From Eledone cirrhosa (taxonomy: Eukaryota), in assembly GCA_964016885.1 (NCBI GenBank), contig OZ024740.1:38998001-39062000 (forward strand): a stretch of DNA of 64,000 bases, in the 5' to 3' direction. The notes under the pieces were generated by a model. That model saw only the letters and a list, made by a program, of their open reading frames with translations, was not told where the DNA came from and searched no databases. Both the position numbers and the translations under genes were made by a program. Below, in pieces: positions 1 through 16,909 of this stretch; position 1 is the stretch's first letter, and every line of letters starts with the position of its first letter.

Positions 1-3000
1 TATAACAGTAGTATTGTAACTCTATAACAGTAGTATTGTGACTATATAGTGTAGTATTGTAACTATATAACAGTAGTATTGTAACTATATAACAGTAATA
101 TTGTAACTATATAACAGTAGTATTGTAACTATATAGTGTAGTATTGTAACTATATAACAGTAGTATTGTAACTATATAACAGTAGTATTGTAACTATATA
201 AAAGTAGTATTGTAACTATATAACAGTAGTATTGTAACTATATAGTGTAGTATTGTAACTATATATAACAGTAGTATTGTAACTATATAACAGTAGTATT
301 GTAACTATATAAGAGTAATATTGTAACTAGATAGTGTAGTATTGTAACTATATATAACAGTAGTATTGTAACTCTATAACAGTAGTATTGTAACTATATA
401 AAAGTAGTATTGTAACTATATAACAGTAGTATTGTAACTATATAGCAGTAGTATTGTAACTATATAGCAGTAGTATTTTACTATATAGTAGTATTGTAAC
501 TATATAGCAGTAGTATTGTAACTATATTGCAGTAGTATTGTAACTATATAACAGTAGTATTGTAACTATATAGTATTGTAACTATATAACAGTAGTATTG
601 TAACTATATAACAGTAGTATCGTAACTATATAACAGTAGTATTGTAACTATATAGCAGTAGTATTGTAACTATATTGCAGTAATATTGTAACTATATAAC
701 AATAGTATTGTAACTATATAGTGTAGCATTGTAACTATATAACAGTAGTATTGTAACTATATAACAGTAGTATTGTAACTATATAACAGTATTATTGTAA
801 CTATATAGCAGTAGTATTGTAACTATATAACAGTAGCATTGTAACTATATAGTGTAGTATTGTAACTATATAACAGTAGTATTGTACCTACTTAACAGTG
901 GTATTGTAACTATATAACAGTAGTATTGTAACTATACAACAGTAGTATTGTAACTATATAACAGTAGTATTGTAATTATATAGTGTAGCATTGTAACTAT
1001 ACAACAGTAGTATGGTAACTATATAACAGTAGTATTGTAACTATATTGTGTAGCATCGTAACTATACAACAGTAGTATGGTAACTATATAACAGTAGTAT
1101 TGTAACTATATAACAGTAGCATCGTAACTATATAAAAGTAGTATTGTAACAATATAGTGTAGTATTGTAACTATATAACAGTAGTATTGTAACTATATAA
1201 CAGTAGTATTGTAACTATATAACAGTAGCAGTGTAACTATATAACAGTAGTATTGTAACTATATAACAGTAGTATTGTAACTATATAACAGTAGTATTGT
1301 AACTATATAGTGTAGTATTGTAACTATATAACAGTAGTATTGTAACTATATAACAGTAGTATTGTTAATATATAACAGTAGTATTGTAACTATATAACAG
1401 TAGTATTGTAACTATATTGCAGTAGTATTGTAACTATATAACAGTAGTATTGTAACTATATAACAGTAGTATTGTAACTATATAATGTAGTATTGTAACT
1501 ATATAGTGTAGTATTGTAACTATATAACAGTAGTATTGTAATTATATAACAGTAGTATTGTAACTATATAGTGTAGCATTGTAACTATACAACAGTAGTA
1601 TGGTAACTATATAACAGTAGTATTGTAACTATATAACAGTAGCATCGTAACTATATAAAAGTAGTAGTGTAACTATATAACAGTATTATTGTAACTATAT
1701 AACAGTAGTATTGTACCTATATAACAGTAGTATTGTAACAATATAGTGTAGTATTGCAACTATATAACAGTAGTATTGTAACTATATAACAGTAGTATTG
1801 TAACTATATAACAGTAGTAGTGTAACTATATAACAGTATTATTGTAACTATATAACAGTAGTATTGTAACTATATAACAGTAGTATTGTAACTATATAGT
1901 GTAGTATTGTAACTATATAATAGTAGTATTGTAACTATATAACAGTAGTATCGTTTCTATATAACAGTAGTATTGTAACTATATAACAGTAGTATTGTAA
2001 CTATATAACAGTAGTATTGTAACTATATTGCATTAGTATTGTAACAATATAACAGTAGTATTGTAACTATATAACAGTAGTATTGTAACTATATAGTGTA
2101 GTATTGTAACTTTATAACAGTAGTATTGTAACTATATAATGTAGTATTGTAACTATATAACAGTAGTATTGTAACTATATAACAGTAGTAATGTAACTAT
2201 ATAGTGTAGTATTGTAACTATATGCTGTAGTATTGTAACTATTTAACAGTAGTATTTTTAACTATATAAAAGTAGTATTGTAACTATATAAGAGTAGTAT
2301 TGTAACAATATAGTGTAGTATTGTAACTATTTAACAGTAGTATTGTAACTATATAACAGTAGTATTGTAACTATATAGTATAGTATTGTAACTATATAAC
2401 AGTAGTATTGTAACTATATAACAGTAGTATTGTAACTATATAGTGTAGTATTGTAACTATATAACAGTAGTATTGTAACTATATAACAGTAGTATTGTAA
2501 CTATATAACAGTAGTTTTGTAACTATATATAACATTAGTATTGTAACTATATAACAGTAGTATTGTAACTATATAACAGTAGTATTGTAACTATATAACA
2601 GTAGTATTGTAACTATATACCAGTAGTATTGTAACTATATGACAGTAGTATTGTAACTATATAACAGTAGTATTGTAACTATATAACAGTAGTATTGTAA
2701 ATATATAGTGTAGTATTGTAACTATATAACAGTAGTATTGTAACTATGTAGTGTACTATTGTAAATATATAACAGTAGTATTGTAACTATATAGTCTAGT
2801 ATTGTAACTATATAACACTAGTATTGTAACTATATAAGAGTAGTATTGTAACTATATAGTGTAGTATTGTAACTATATAATAGTAGTATTGTAACTATAT
2901 AAAAGTAGTATTGTAACTATATAACAGTAGTATTGTAACTATATAACAGTAGTATTGTAACTATATAGTGTAGTATTGTAACTATATAATAGTAGTATTG

Positions 3001-6000
3001 TAACTATATAAAAGTAGTATTGTAACTATATAACAGTAGTATTGTAATTATATAACAGTAGTATTGTAACTATATAACAGTAGCATTGTATCTATATAAC
3101 AGTAGTATTGTAACTATATAGTGTAGTATTGTAACTATATATAACAGTAGTATTGTAACTATATAACAGTAGTATTGTTATTATATAAGAGTAATATTGT
3201 AACTAGATAGTGTAGTATTGTAACTATATAACAGTAGTATTGTAACTATATAACAGTAGTATTGTAACTATATAACAGTAGTATTGTAACTATATAACAG
3301 TAGTAATGTAACTATATAGCAGTAGTATTGTAACTATATAGCAGTAGTATTTTACTATATGGTAGTATTGTAACTATATAGCAGTAGTATTGTAACTATA
3401 TTGCAGTAGTATTGTAACTATATAACAGTAGTATTGTAACTATATAATATTGTAACTATATAACAGTAGTATTGTTACTATATAACAGTAGTATTGTAAC
3501 TATATAGTGTAGTATTGTAACTATATAACAGTAGTATTGTAACTATATAACAGTAGTATTGTAACTATATAACAGTAGTATTGTAACTATATAACAGTAG
3601 TATTGTAACAATATAACAGTAGTATTGTAACTATATAACAGTAGTATCGTAACTATATAACAGTAGTATTGTAACTATATAGCAGTAGTATTGTAACTAT
3701 ACAACAGTAGTATTGTAACTATATAACAGTAGTATTGTAAGTATATAGAAGTAGTATTGTAACTATATAACAGTAGTATTGTAACTATATAACAGTAGTA
3801 TTGTAACTATATAACAGTAGTATTGTAATTATATAACAGTAGTATTGTAACTATATGACAGTAGTATTGTAACTATATAACAGTAGTATCGTAACTATAT
3901 AACGGTAGTATTGTAACTATATAACAGTAGTATTGTAACTATATAACAGTAGTATTGTAACTATATAACAGTAGTATTGTAACTATATAACAGTAGTATT
4001 GTAACTATATAGCAGTAGTATTGTAACTATATTGCAGTAATATTGTAACTATATAACAGTAGTATTGTAACTATATAGTGTAGCATTGTAACTATATAAC
4101 AGTAGTATTGTAACTATATAACAGTAGTATTGCAACTATATAACAGTAGTATTGTAACTATATAGCAGTAGTATTGTAACTACATAACAGTAGCATTGTA
4201 ACTATATAGTGTAGTATTGTAACTATATAACAGTAGTATTGTACCTACTTAACAGTGGTATTGTAACTATATAACAGTAGTATTGTAACTATATAGTGTA
4301 GTATTGTAACTATATAAAAGTAGTATTGTAACTATACAACAGTAGTATTGTAACTATATAACAGTAGTATTGTAACTATATAGTGTAGCATTGTAACTAT
4401 ATAACAGTAGTATGGTAACTATATAACAGTAGTATTGTAACTATATAACAGTAGTATTGTAACTATATAGTGTAGTATTGTAACTATATAACAGTAGTAT
4501 TGTAACTATATAACAGTAGTATTGTTACTATATAGCAGTAGTATTGTAACTATATTGCAGTAGTATTGTAACTATATAACAGTAGTATTCTAACTATATA
4601 ACAGTAGTATTGTAACTATATAGTGTAGTATTGTAACTATATAAAAGTAGTATTGTAACTATATAACAGTAGTATTGTAACTATATAACAGTAGTATTGT
4701 AACTATGTAAGAGTAGTATTGTAACTATATATAACAGTAGTATTGTAACTATATAACAGTAGTATTGTAACTATATAGTATAGTATTGTAACTATATAAG
4801 AGTAGTATTGTAACTATACAACAGTAGTATCGTAACTATATATAACAGTAATATTGTAACTATATAAAACAGTAGTATTGTAACTATATAACAGTAGTAT
4901 TGTAACTATATAGTGTAGTATTGTAACTATATAACAGTAGTATTGTAACTATATAACAGTAGTATTGTAACTATATAGTCTAGTATTGTAACTATATAGT
5001 GTAGTATTGTAACTATATAACAGTAGTATTGTAACTATATAACAGTATTATTGTAACTATATAGTGTAGTATTGTAACTATATAACAGTAGTATTGTAAC
5101 TATATAATGTAGTATTGTAACTATATAACAGTAGTATTGTAACTATATAACAGTAGTAATGTAACTATATAGTGTAGTATTGTAACTATATAAGAGTAGT
5201 ATTGTAACTATATATAACAGTAGTATTGTAACTATATAACAGTAGTATTGTAACTATATAGTATAGTATTGTAACTATATAAGAGTAGTATTGTAACTAT
5301 ACAACAGTAGTATCGTAACTATATATAACAGTAGTATTGTAACTATATAAAACAGTAGTATTGTAACTATATAACAGTAGTATTGTAACTATATAGTGTA
5401 GTATTGTAACTATATAACAGTAGTATTGTAACTATATAACAGTAGTATTGTAACTATATAGTGTAGTATTGTAACTATAGTGTGTAGTATTGTAACTATA
5501 TAACAGTAGTATTGTAACTATATAGCAGTAGTATTGTAACTATATAGTGTAGTATTGTAACTATATAACAGTAGTATTGTAACTATATAATGTAGTATTG
5601 TAACTATATAACAGTAGTATTGTAACTATTTAACAGTAGTATGTTTAACTATATAAAAGTAGTATTGTAACTATATAAGAGTAGTATTGTAACTATATAG
5701 TGTAGTATTGTAACTATTTAACAGTAGTATTGTAACTATATAACAGTAGTATTGTAACTATATAACAGTAGTATTGTAACTATATAGTATAGTATTGTAA
5801 CTATATAACAGTAGTATTGTAACTATATAGCAGTAGTATTGTAACTATATTGCAGTAGTATTGTAACTATATAACAGTAGTATTGTAACTATATAGTATT
5901 GTAACTATATAACAGTAGTATTGTTACTATATAACAGTAGTATTGTAACTATATAGTGTAGTATTGTAACTATATAACAGTAGTATTGTAACTATATAAC

Positions 6001-9000
6001 AGTAGTATTGTAACTATATAACAGTAGTATTGTAACTATATAACAGTAGTATTGTAACAATATAACAGTAGTATTGTAACTATATAACAGTAGTATCGTA
6101 ACTATATAACAGTAGTATTGTAACTATATAGCAGTAGTATTGTAACTATACAACAGTAGTATTGTAACTATATAACAGTAGTATTGTAACTATATAGAAG
6201 TAGTATTGTAACTATATAACAGTAGTATTGTAACTATATAACAGTAGTATTGTAACTATATAACAGTAGTATTGTAACTATATAACAGTAGTATTGTAAT
6301 TATATAACAGTAGTATTGTAACTGTATGACAGTAGTATTGTAACTATATAACAGTAGTATTGTAACTATATAACAGTAGTATTGTAACTATATAACAGTA
6401 GTATTGTAACTATATAACAGTAGTATTGTAATTATATAACAGTAGTATTGTAATTATATAACAGTAGTATTGTAACTATATAACAGTAGTATCGTAACTA
6501 TATAACAGTAGTATTGTAACTATATAGCAGTAGTATTGTAACTATACAACAGTAGTATTGTAACTATATAACAGTAGTATTGTAACTATATAGAAGTAGT
6601 ATTGTAACTATATAACAGTAGTATTGTTACTATATAACAGTAGTATTGTAACTATATAACAGTAGTATTGTAACTATATAACAGTAGTATTGTAACTATA
6701 TAACAGTAGTATTGTAACTATATAACAGTAGTATTGTAACAATATAACAGTAGTATTGTAACTATATAACAGTAGTATCGTAACTATATAACAGTAGTAT
6801 TGTAACTATATAGCAGTAGTATTGTAACTATACAACAGTAGTATTGTAACTATATAACAGTAGTATTGTAACTATATAGAAGTAGTATTGTAACTATATA
6901 ACAGTAGTATTGTAACTATATAACAGTAGTATTGTAACTATATAACAGTAGTATTGTAATTATATAACAGTAGTATTGTAACTATATGACAGTAGTATTG
7001 TAACTATATAACAGTAGTATTGTAACTATATAACGGTAGTATTGTAACTATATAACAGTAGTATTGTAACTATATAACAGTAGTATTGTAACTATATAAC
7101 AGTAGTATTGTAATTATATAGTGTAGTATTGTAACTATATATCAGTAGTATTGTAACTATATAAAAGTAGTATTGTAACTATATAACAGTAGTATTGTAA
7201 CTATATAACAGTAGTATTGTAACTATATAGTGTAGTATTGTAACTATATATAACAGTAGTATTGTAACTATATAACAGTAGTATTGTAACTATATAAGAG
7301 TAATATTGTAACTAGATAGTGTAGTATTGTAACTATATAACAGTAGTATTGTAACTATATAACAGTAGTATTGTAACTATATAACAGTACTATTGTAATT
7401 ATATAACAGTAGTATTGTAATTATATAACAGTAGTATTGTAACTATATAACAGTAGTAGTGTAACTATATAGCAGTAGTATTGTAACTATATAGCAGTAG
7501 TATTTTACTATATAGTAGTATTGTAACTATATAGCAGTAGTATTGTAACTATATTGCAGTAGTATTGTAACTATATAACAGTAGTATTGTAACTATATAG
7601 TATTGTAACTATATAACAGTAGTATTGTTATTATATAACAGTAGTATTGTAACTATATAGTGTAGTATTGTAACTATATAACAGTAGTATTGTAACTATA
7701 TAACAGTAGTATTGTAACTATATAACAGTAGTATTGTAACTATATAACAGTAGTATTGTAACTATATAGCAGTAGTATTGTAACTATATTGCAGTAATAT
7801 TGTAACTATATAACAGTAGTATTGTAACTATATAGTGTAGCATTGTAACTATATAACAGTAGTATTGTAACTATATAACAGTAGTATTGTAACTATATAG
7901 TGTAGTATTGTAACTATATAACAGTAGTATTGTAACTATATAACAGTAGTATTGTTTCTATATAGCAGTAGTATTGTAACTATATTGCAGTAGTATTGTA
8001 ACTATATAACAGTAGTATTCTAACTATATAACAGTAGTATTGTAACTATATAGTGTAGTATTGTAACTATATAAAAGTAGTATTGTAACTATATAACAGT
8101 AGTATTGTAACTATATAGAGTAGTATTGTAACTATATAACAGTAGTATTGTAACTATATAACAGTAGTATCGTTACTATATAACAGTAGTATTGTAACTA
8201 TATAACAGTAGTATTGTAACTATATAACAGTAGTATTGTAACTATATTGCAGTAGTATTGTAACTATATAACAGTAGTATTGTAACTATATAACAGTAGT
8301 ATTGTAACTATATAGTGTAGTATTGTATCTATATAACAGTAGTATTGTAACTATATAATGTAGTATTGTAACTATATAACAGTAGTATTGTAACTATATA
8401 ATAGTAGTAATGTAACTATATAACAGTAGTATTGTAACTATATAACAGTAGTATTGTAACTATATAACGGTAGTATTGTAACTATATAACAGTAGTATTG
8501 TAACTATATAGTGTAGCATTGTAACTATATAACAGTAGTATTGTAACTATATAGTGTAGTATTGTAACTATATAACAGTAGTATTGTAACTATATAGTCT
8601 AGTATTGTAACTATATAACAGTAGTATTGTAAATATATATAACAGTAGCATTGAAACTATATAACAGTAGTATTGTAACTATATAACAGTAGTATTGTAA
8701 CTATATAACAGTAGTATTGTAACTATATAGTGTAGTATTGTAACTATATAACAGTAGTATTGTAACTATATAACAGTAGTATTGTAATTATATATAACAG
8801 TAGTATTGTAACTCTATAACAGTAGTATTGTGACTATATAGTGTAGTATTGTAACTATATAACAGTAGTATTGTAACTATATAACAGTAATATTGTAACT
8901 ATATAACAGTAGTATTGTAACTATATAGTGTAGTATTGTAACTATATAACAGTAGTATTGTAACTATATAACAGTAGTATTGTAACTATATAAAAGTAGT

Positions 9001-12000
9001 ATTGTAACTATATAACAGTAGTATTGTAACTATATAGTGTAGTATTGTAACTATATATAACAGTAGTATTGTAACTATATAACAGTAGTATTGTAACTAT
9101 ATAAGAGTAATATTGTAACTAGATAGTGTAGTATTGTAACTATATATAACAGTAGTATTGTAACTCTATAACAGTAGTATTGTAACTATATAAAAGTAGT
9201 ATTGTAACTATATAACAGTAGTATTGTAACTATATAGCAGTAGTATTGTAACTATATAGCAGTAGTATTTTACTATATAGTAGTATTGTAACTATATAGC
9301 AGTAGTATTGTAACTATATTGCAGTAGTATTGTAACTATATAACAGTAGTATTGTAACTATATAGTATTGTAACTATATAACAGTAGTATTGTAACTATA
9401 TAACAGTAGTATCGTAACTATATAACAGTAGTATTGTAACTATATAGCAGTAGTATTGTAACTATATTGCAGTAATATTGTAACTATATAACAATAGTAT
9501 TGTAACTATATAGTGTAGCATTGTAACTATATAACAGTAGTATTGTAACTATATAACAGTAGTATTGTAACTATATAACAGTATTATTGTAACTATATAG
9601 CAGTAGTATTGTAACTATATAACAGTAGCATTGTAACTATATAGTGTAGTATTGTAACTATATAACAGTAGTATTGTACCTACTTAACAGTGGTATTGTA
9701 ACTATATAACAGTAGTATTGTAACTATACAACAGTAGTATTGTAACTATATAACAGTAGTATTGTAATTATATAGTGTAGCATTGTAACTATACAACAGT
9801 AGTATGGTAACTATATAACAGTAGTATTGTAACTATATTGTGTAGCATCGTAACTATACAACAGTAGTATGGTAACTATATAACAGTAGTATTGTAACTA
9901 TATAACAGTAGCATCGTAACTATATAAAAGTAGTATTGTAACAATATAGTGTAGTATTGTAACTATATAACAGTAGTATTGTAACTATATAACAGTAGTA
10001 TTGTAACTATATAACAGTAGCAGTGTAACTATATAACAGTAGTATTGTAACTATATAACAGTAGTATTGTAACTATATAACAGTAGTATTGTAACTATAT
10101 AGTGTAGTATTGTAACTATATAACAGTAGTATTGTAACTATATAACAGTAGTATTGGTAATATATAACAGTAGTATTGTAACTATATAACAGTAGTATTG
10201 TAACTATATTGCAGTAGTATTGTAACTATATAACAGTAGTATTGTAACTATATAACAGTAGTATTGTAACTATATAATGTAGTATTGTAACTATATAGTG
10301 TAGTATTGTAACTATATAACAGTAGTATTGTAATTATATAACAGTAGTATTGTAACTATATAGTGTAGCATTGTAACTATACAACAGTAGTATGGTAACT
10401 ATATAACAGTAGTATTGTAACTATATAACAGTAGCATCGTAACTATATAAAAGTAGTAGTGTAACTATATAACAGTATTATTGTAACTATATAACAGTAG
10501 TATTGTACCTATATAACAGTAGTATTGTAACAATATAGTGTAGTATTGCAACTATATAACAGTAGTATTGTAACTATATAACAGTAGTATTGTAACTATA
10601 TAACAGTAGTAGTGTAACTATATAACAGTATTATTGTAACTATATAACAGTAGTATTGTAACTATATAACAGTAGTATTGTAACTATATAGTGTAGTATT
10701 GTAACTATATAATAGTAGTATTGTAACTATATAACAGTAGTATCGTTTCTATATAACAGTAGTATTGTAACTATATAACAGTAGTATTGTAACTATATAA
10801 CAGTAGTATTGTAACTATATTGCATTAGTATTGTAACAATATAACAGTAGTATTGTAACTATATAACAGTAGTATTGTAACTATATAGTGTAGTATTGTA
10901 ACTTTATAACAGTAGTATTGTAACTATATAATGTAGTATTGTAACTATATAACAGTAGTATTGTAACTATATAACAGTAGTAATGTAACTATATAGTGTA
11001 GTATTGTAACTATATGCTGTAGTATTGTAACTATTTAACAGTAGTATTTTTAACTATATAAAAGTAGTATTGTAACTATATAAGAGTAGTATTGTAACAA
11101 TATAGTGTAGTATTGTAACTATTTAACAGTAGTATTGTAACTATATAACAGTAGTATTGTAACTATATAGTATAGTATTGTAACTATATAACAGTAGTAT
11201 TGTAACTATATAACAGTAGTATTGTAACTATATAGTGTAGTATTGTAACTATATAACAGTAGTATTGTAACTATATAACAGTAGTATTGTAACTATATAA
11301 CAGTAGTATTGTAACTATATAACAGTAGTTTTGTAACTATATATAACATTAGTATTGTAACTATATAACAGTAGTATTGTAACTATATAACAGTAGTATT
11401 GTAACTATATAACAGTAGTATTGTAACTATATACCAGTAGTATTGTAACTATATGACAGTAGTATTGTAACTATATAACAGTAGTATTGTAACTATATAA
11501 CAGTAGTATTGTAAATATATAGTGTAGTATTGTAACTATATAACAGTAGTATTGTAACTATGTAGTGTACTATTGTAAATATATAACAGTAGTATTGTAA
11601 CTATATAGTCTAGTATTGTAACTATATAACACTAGTATTGTAACTATATAAGAGTAGTATTGTAACTATATAGTGTAGTATTGTAACTATATAATAGTAG
11701 TATTGTAACTATATAAAAGTAGTATTGTAACTATATAACAGTAGTATTGTAACTATATAGTGTAGTATTGTAACTATATAATAGTAGTATTGTAACTATA
11801 TAAAAGTAGTATTGTAACTATATAACAGTAGTATTGTAATTATATAACAGTAGTATTGTAACTATATAACAGTAGCATTGTATCTATATAACAGTAGTAT
11901 TGTAACTATATAGTGTAGTATTGTAACTATATATAACAGTAGTATTGTAACTATATAACAGTAGTATTGTTATTATATAAGAGTAATATTGTAACTAGAT

Positions 12001-15000
12001 AGTGTAGTATTGTAACTATATAACAGTAGTATTGTAACTATATAACAGTAGTATTGTAACTATATAACAGTAGTATTGTAACTATATAACAGTAGTAATG
12101 TAACTATATAGCAGTAGTATTGTAACTATATAGCAGTAGTATTTTACTATATGGTAGTATTGTAACTATATAGCAGTAGTATTGTAACTATATTGCAGTA
12201 GTATTGTAACTATATAACAGTAGTATTGTAACTATATAATATTGTAACTATATAACAGTAGTATTGTTACTATATAACAGTAGTATTGTAACTATATAGT
12301 GTAGTATTGTAACTATATAACAGTAGTATTGTAACTATATAACAGTAGTATTGTAACTATATAACAGTAGTATTGTAACTATATAACAGTAGTATTGTAA
12401 CAATATAACAGTAGTATTGTAACTATATAACAGTAGTATCGTAACTATATAACAGTAGTATTGTAACTATATAGCAGTAGTATTGTAACTATACAACAGT
12501 AGTATTGTAACTATATAACAGTAGTATTGTAAGTATATAGAAGTAGTATTGTAACTATATAACAGTAGTATTGTAACTATATAACAGTAGTATTGTAACT
12601 ATATAACAGTAGTATTGTAATTATATAACAGTAGTATTGTAACTATATGACAGTAGTATTGTAACTATATAACAGTAGTATCGTAACTATATAACGGTAG
12701 TATTGTAACTATATAACAGTAGTATTGTAACTATATAACAGTAGTATTGTAACTATATAACAGTAGTATTGTAACTATATAACAGTAGTATTGTAACTAT
12801 ATAGCAGTAGTATTGTAACTATATTGCAGTAATATTGTAACTATATAACAGTAGTATTGTAACTATATAGTGTAGCATTGTAACTATATAACAGTAGTAT
12901 TGTAACTATATAACAGTAGTATTGCAACTATATAACAGTAGTATTGTAACTATATAGCAGTAGTATTGTAACTACATAACAGTAGCATTGTAACTATATA
13001 GTGTAGTATTGTAACTATATAACAGTAGTATTGTACCTACTTAACAGTGGTATTGTAACTATATAACAGTAGTATTGTAACTATATAGTGTAGTATTGTA
13101 ACTATATAAAAGTAGTATTGTAACTATACAACAGTAGTATTGTAACTATATAACAGTAGTATTGTAACTATATAGTGTAGCATTGTAACTATATAACAGT
13201 AGTATGGTAACTATATAACAGTAGTATTGTAACTATATAACAGTAGTATTGTAACTATATAGTGTAGTATTGTAACTATATAACAGTAGTATTGTAACTA
13301 TATAACAGTAGTATTGTTACTATATAGCAGTAGTATTGTAACTATATTGCAGTAGTATTGTAACTATATAACAGTAGTATTCTAACTATATAACAGTAGT
13401 ATTGTAACTATATAGTGTAGTATTGTAACTATATAAAAGTAGTATTGTAACTATATAACAGTAGTATTGTAACTATATAACAGTAGTATTGTAACTATGT
13501 AAGAGTAGTATTGTAACTATATATAACAGTAGTATTGTAACTATATAACAGTAGTATTGTAACTATATAGTATAGTATTGTAACTATATAAGAGTAGTAT
13601 TGTAACTATACAACAGTAGTATCGTAACTATATATAACAGTAATATTGTAACTATATAAAACAGTAGTATTGTAACTATATAACAGTAGTATTGTAACTA
13701 TATAGTGTAGTATTGTAACTATATAACAGTAGTATTGTAACTATATAACAGTAGTATTGTAACTATATAGTCTAGTATTGTAACTATATAGTGTAGTATT
13801 GTAACTATATAACAGTAGTATTGTAACTATATAACAGTATTATTGTAACTATATAGTGTAGTATTGTAACTATATAACAGTAGTATTGTAACTATATAAT
13901 GTAGTATTGTAACTATATAACAGTAGTATTGTAACTATATAACAGTAGTAATGTAACTATATAGTGTAGTATTGTAACTATATAAGAGTAGTATTGTAAC
14001 TATATATAACAGTAGTATTGTAACTATATAACAGTAGTATTGTAACTATATAGTATAGTATTGTAACTATATAAGAGTAGTATTGTAACTATACAACAGT
14101 AGTATCGTAACTATATATAACAGTAGTATTGTAACTATATAAAACAGTAGTATTGTAACTATATAACAGTAGTATTGTAACTATATAGTGTAGTATTGTA
14201 ACTATATAACAGTAGTATTGTAACTATATAACAGTAGTATTGTAACTATATAGTGTAGTATTGTAACTATAGTGTGTAGTATTGTAACTATATAACAGTA
14301 GTATTGTAACTATATAGCAGTAGTATTGTAACTATATAGTGTAGTATTGTAACTATATAACAGTAGTATTGTAACTATATAATGTAGTATTGTAACTATA
14401 TAACAGTAGTATTGTAACTATTTAACAGTAGTATGTTTAACTATATAAAAGTAGTATTGTAACTATATAAGAGTAGTATTGTAACTATATAGTGTAGTAT
14501 TGTAACTATTTAACAGTAGTATTGTAACTATATAACAGTAGTATTGTAACTATATAACAGTAGTATTGTAACTATATAGTATAGTATTGTAACTATATAA
14601 CAGTAGTATTGTAACTATATAGCAGTAGTATTGTAACTATATTGCAGTAGTATTGTAACTATATAACAGTAGTATTGTAACTATATAGTATTGTAACTAT
14701 ATAACAGTAGTATTGTTACTATATAACAGTAGTATTGTAACTATATAGTGTAGTATTGTAACTATATAACAGTAGTATTGTAACTATATAACAGTAGTAT
14801 TGTAACTATATAACAGTAGTATTGTAACTATATAACAGTAGTATTGTAACAATATAACAGTAGTATTGTAACTATATAACAGTAGTATCGTAACTATATA
14901 ACAGTAGTATTGTAACTATATAGCAGTAGTATTGTAACTATACAACAGTAGTATTGTAACTATATAACAGTAGTATTGTAACTATATAGAAGTAGTATTG

Positions 15001-16909
15001 TAACTATATAACAGTAGTATTGTAACTATATAACAGTAGTATTGTAACTATATAACAGTAGTATTGTAACTATATAACAGTAGTATTGTAATTATATAAC
15101 AGTAGTATTGTAACTGTATGACAGTAGTATTGTAACTATATAACAGTAGTATTGTAACTATATAACAGTAGTATTGTAACTATATAACAGTAGTATTGTA
15201 ACTATATAACAGTAGTATTGTAATTATATAACAGTAGTATTGTAATTATATAACAGTAGTATTGTAACTATATAACAGTAGTATCGTAACTATATAACAG
15301 TAGTATTGTAACTATATAGCAGTAGTATTGTAACTATACAACAGTAGTATTGTAACTATATAACAGTAGTATTGTAACTATATAGAAGTAGTATTGTAAC
15401 TATATAACAGTAGTATTGTTACTATATAACAGTAGTATTGTAACTATATAACAGTAGTATTGTAACTATATAACAGTAGTATTGTAACTATATAACAGTA
15501 GTATTGTAACTATATAACAGTAGTATTGTAACAATATAACAGTAGTATTGTAACTATATAACAGTAGTATCGTAACTATATAACAGTAGTATTGTAACTA
15601 TATAGCAGTAGTATTGTAACTATACAACAGTAGTATTGTAACTATATAACAGTAGTATTGTAACTATATAGAAGTAGTATTGTAACTATATAACAGTAGT
15701 ATTGTAACTATATAACAGTAGTATTGTAACTATATAACAGTAGTATTGTAATTATATAACAGTAGTATTGTAACTATATGACAGTAGTATTGTAACTATA
15801 TAACAGTAGTATTGTAACTATATAACGGTAGTATTGTAACTATATAACAGTAGTATTGTAACTATATAACAGTAGTATTGTAACTATATAACAGTAGTAT
15901 TGTAATTATATAGTGTAGTATTGTAACTATATATCAGTAGTATTGTAACTATATAAAAGTAGTATTGTAACTATATAACAGTAGTATTGTAACTATATAA
16001 CAGTAGTATTGTAACTATATAGTGTAGTATTGTAACTATATATAACAGTAGTATTGTAACTATATAACAGTAGTATTGTAACTATATAAGAGTAATATTG
16101 TAACTAGATAGTGTAGTATTGTAACTATATAACAGTAGTATTGTAACTATATAACAGTAGTATTGTAACTATATAACAGTACTATTGTAATTATATAACA
16201 GTAGTATTGTAATTATATAACAGTAGTATTGTAACTATATAACAGTAGTAGTGTAACTATATAGCAGTAGTATTGTAACTATATAGCAGTAGTATTTTAC
16301 TATATAGTAGTATTGTAACTATATAGCAGTAGTATTGTAACTATATTGCAGTAGTATTGTAACTATATAACAGTAGTATTGTAACTATATAGTATTGTAA
16401 CTATATAACAGTAGTATTGTTATTATATAACAGTAGTATTGTAACTATATAGTGTAGTATTGTAACTATATAACAGTAGTATTGTAACTATATAACAGTA
16501 GTATTGTAACTATATAACAGTAGTATTGTAACTATATAACAGTAGTATTGTAACTATATAGCAGTAGTATTGTAACTATATTGCAGTAATATTGTAACTA
16601 TATAACAGTAGTATTGTAACTATATAGTGTAGCATTGTAACTATATAACAGTAGTATTGTAACTATATAACAGTAGTATTGTAACTATATAGTGTAGTAT
16701 TGTAACTATATAACAGTAGTATTGTAACTATATAACAGTAGTATTGTTTCTATATAGCAGTAGTATTGTAACTATATTGCAGTAGTATTGTAACTATATA
16801 ACAGTAGTATTCTAACTATATAACAGTAGTATTGTAACTATATAGTGTAGTATTGTAACTATATAAAAGTAGTATTGTAACTATATAACAGTAGTATTGT
16901 AACTATATA
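1..16909 (+). repeat. Near-perfect higher-order tandem duplication, period 8792 bp (1-8117 matches 8793-16909)
   Basis: Rare variants recur at +8792: ACTCTATAAC 19/8811; the CC of GTACCTACTT 887/9679 and 4244/13036; ATGCTG 2222/11014. The copies diverge after 8117/16909. Confidence 0.93.
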
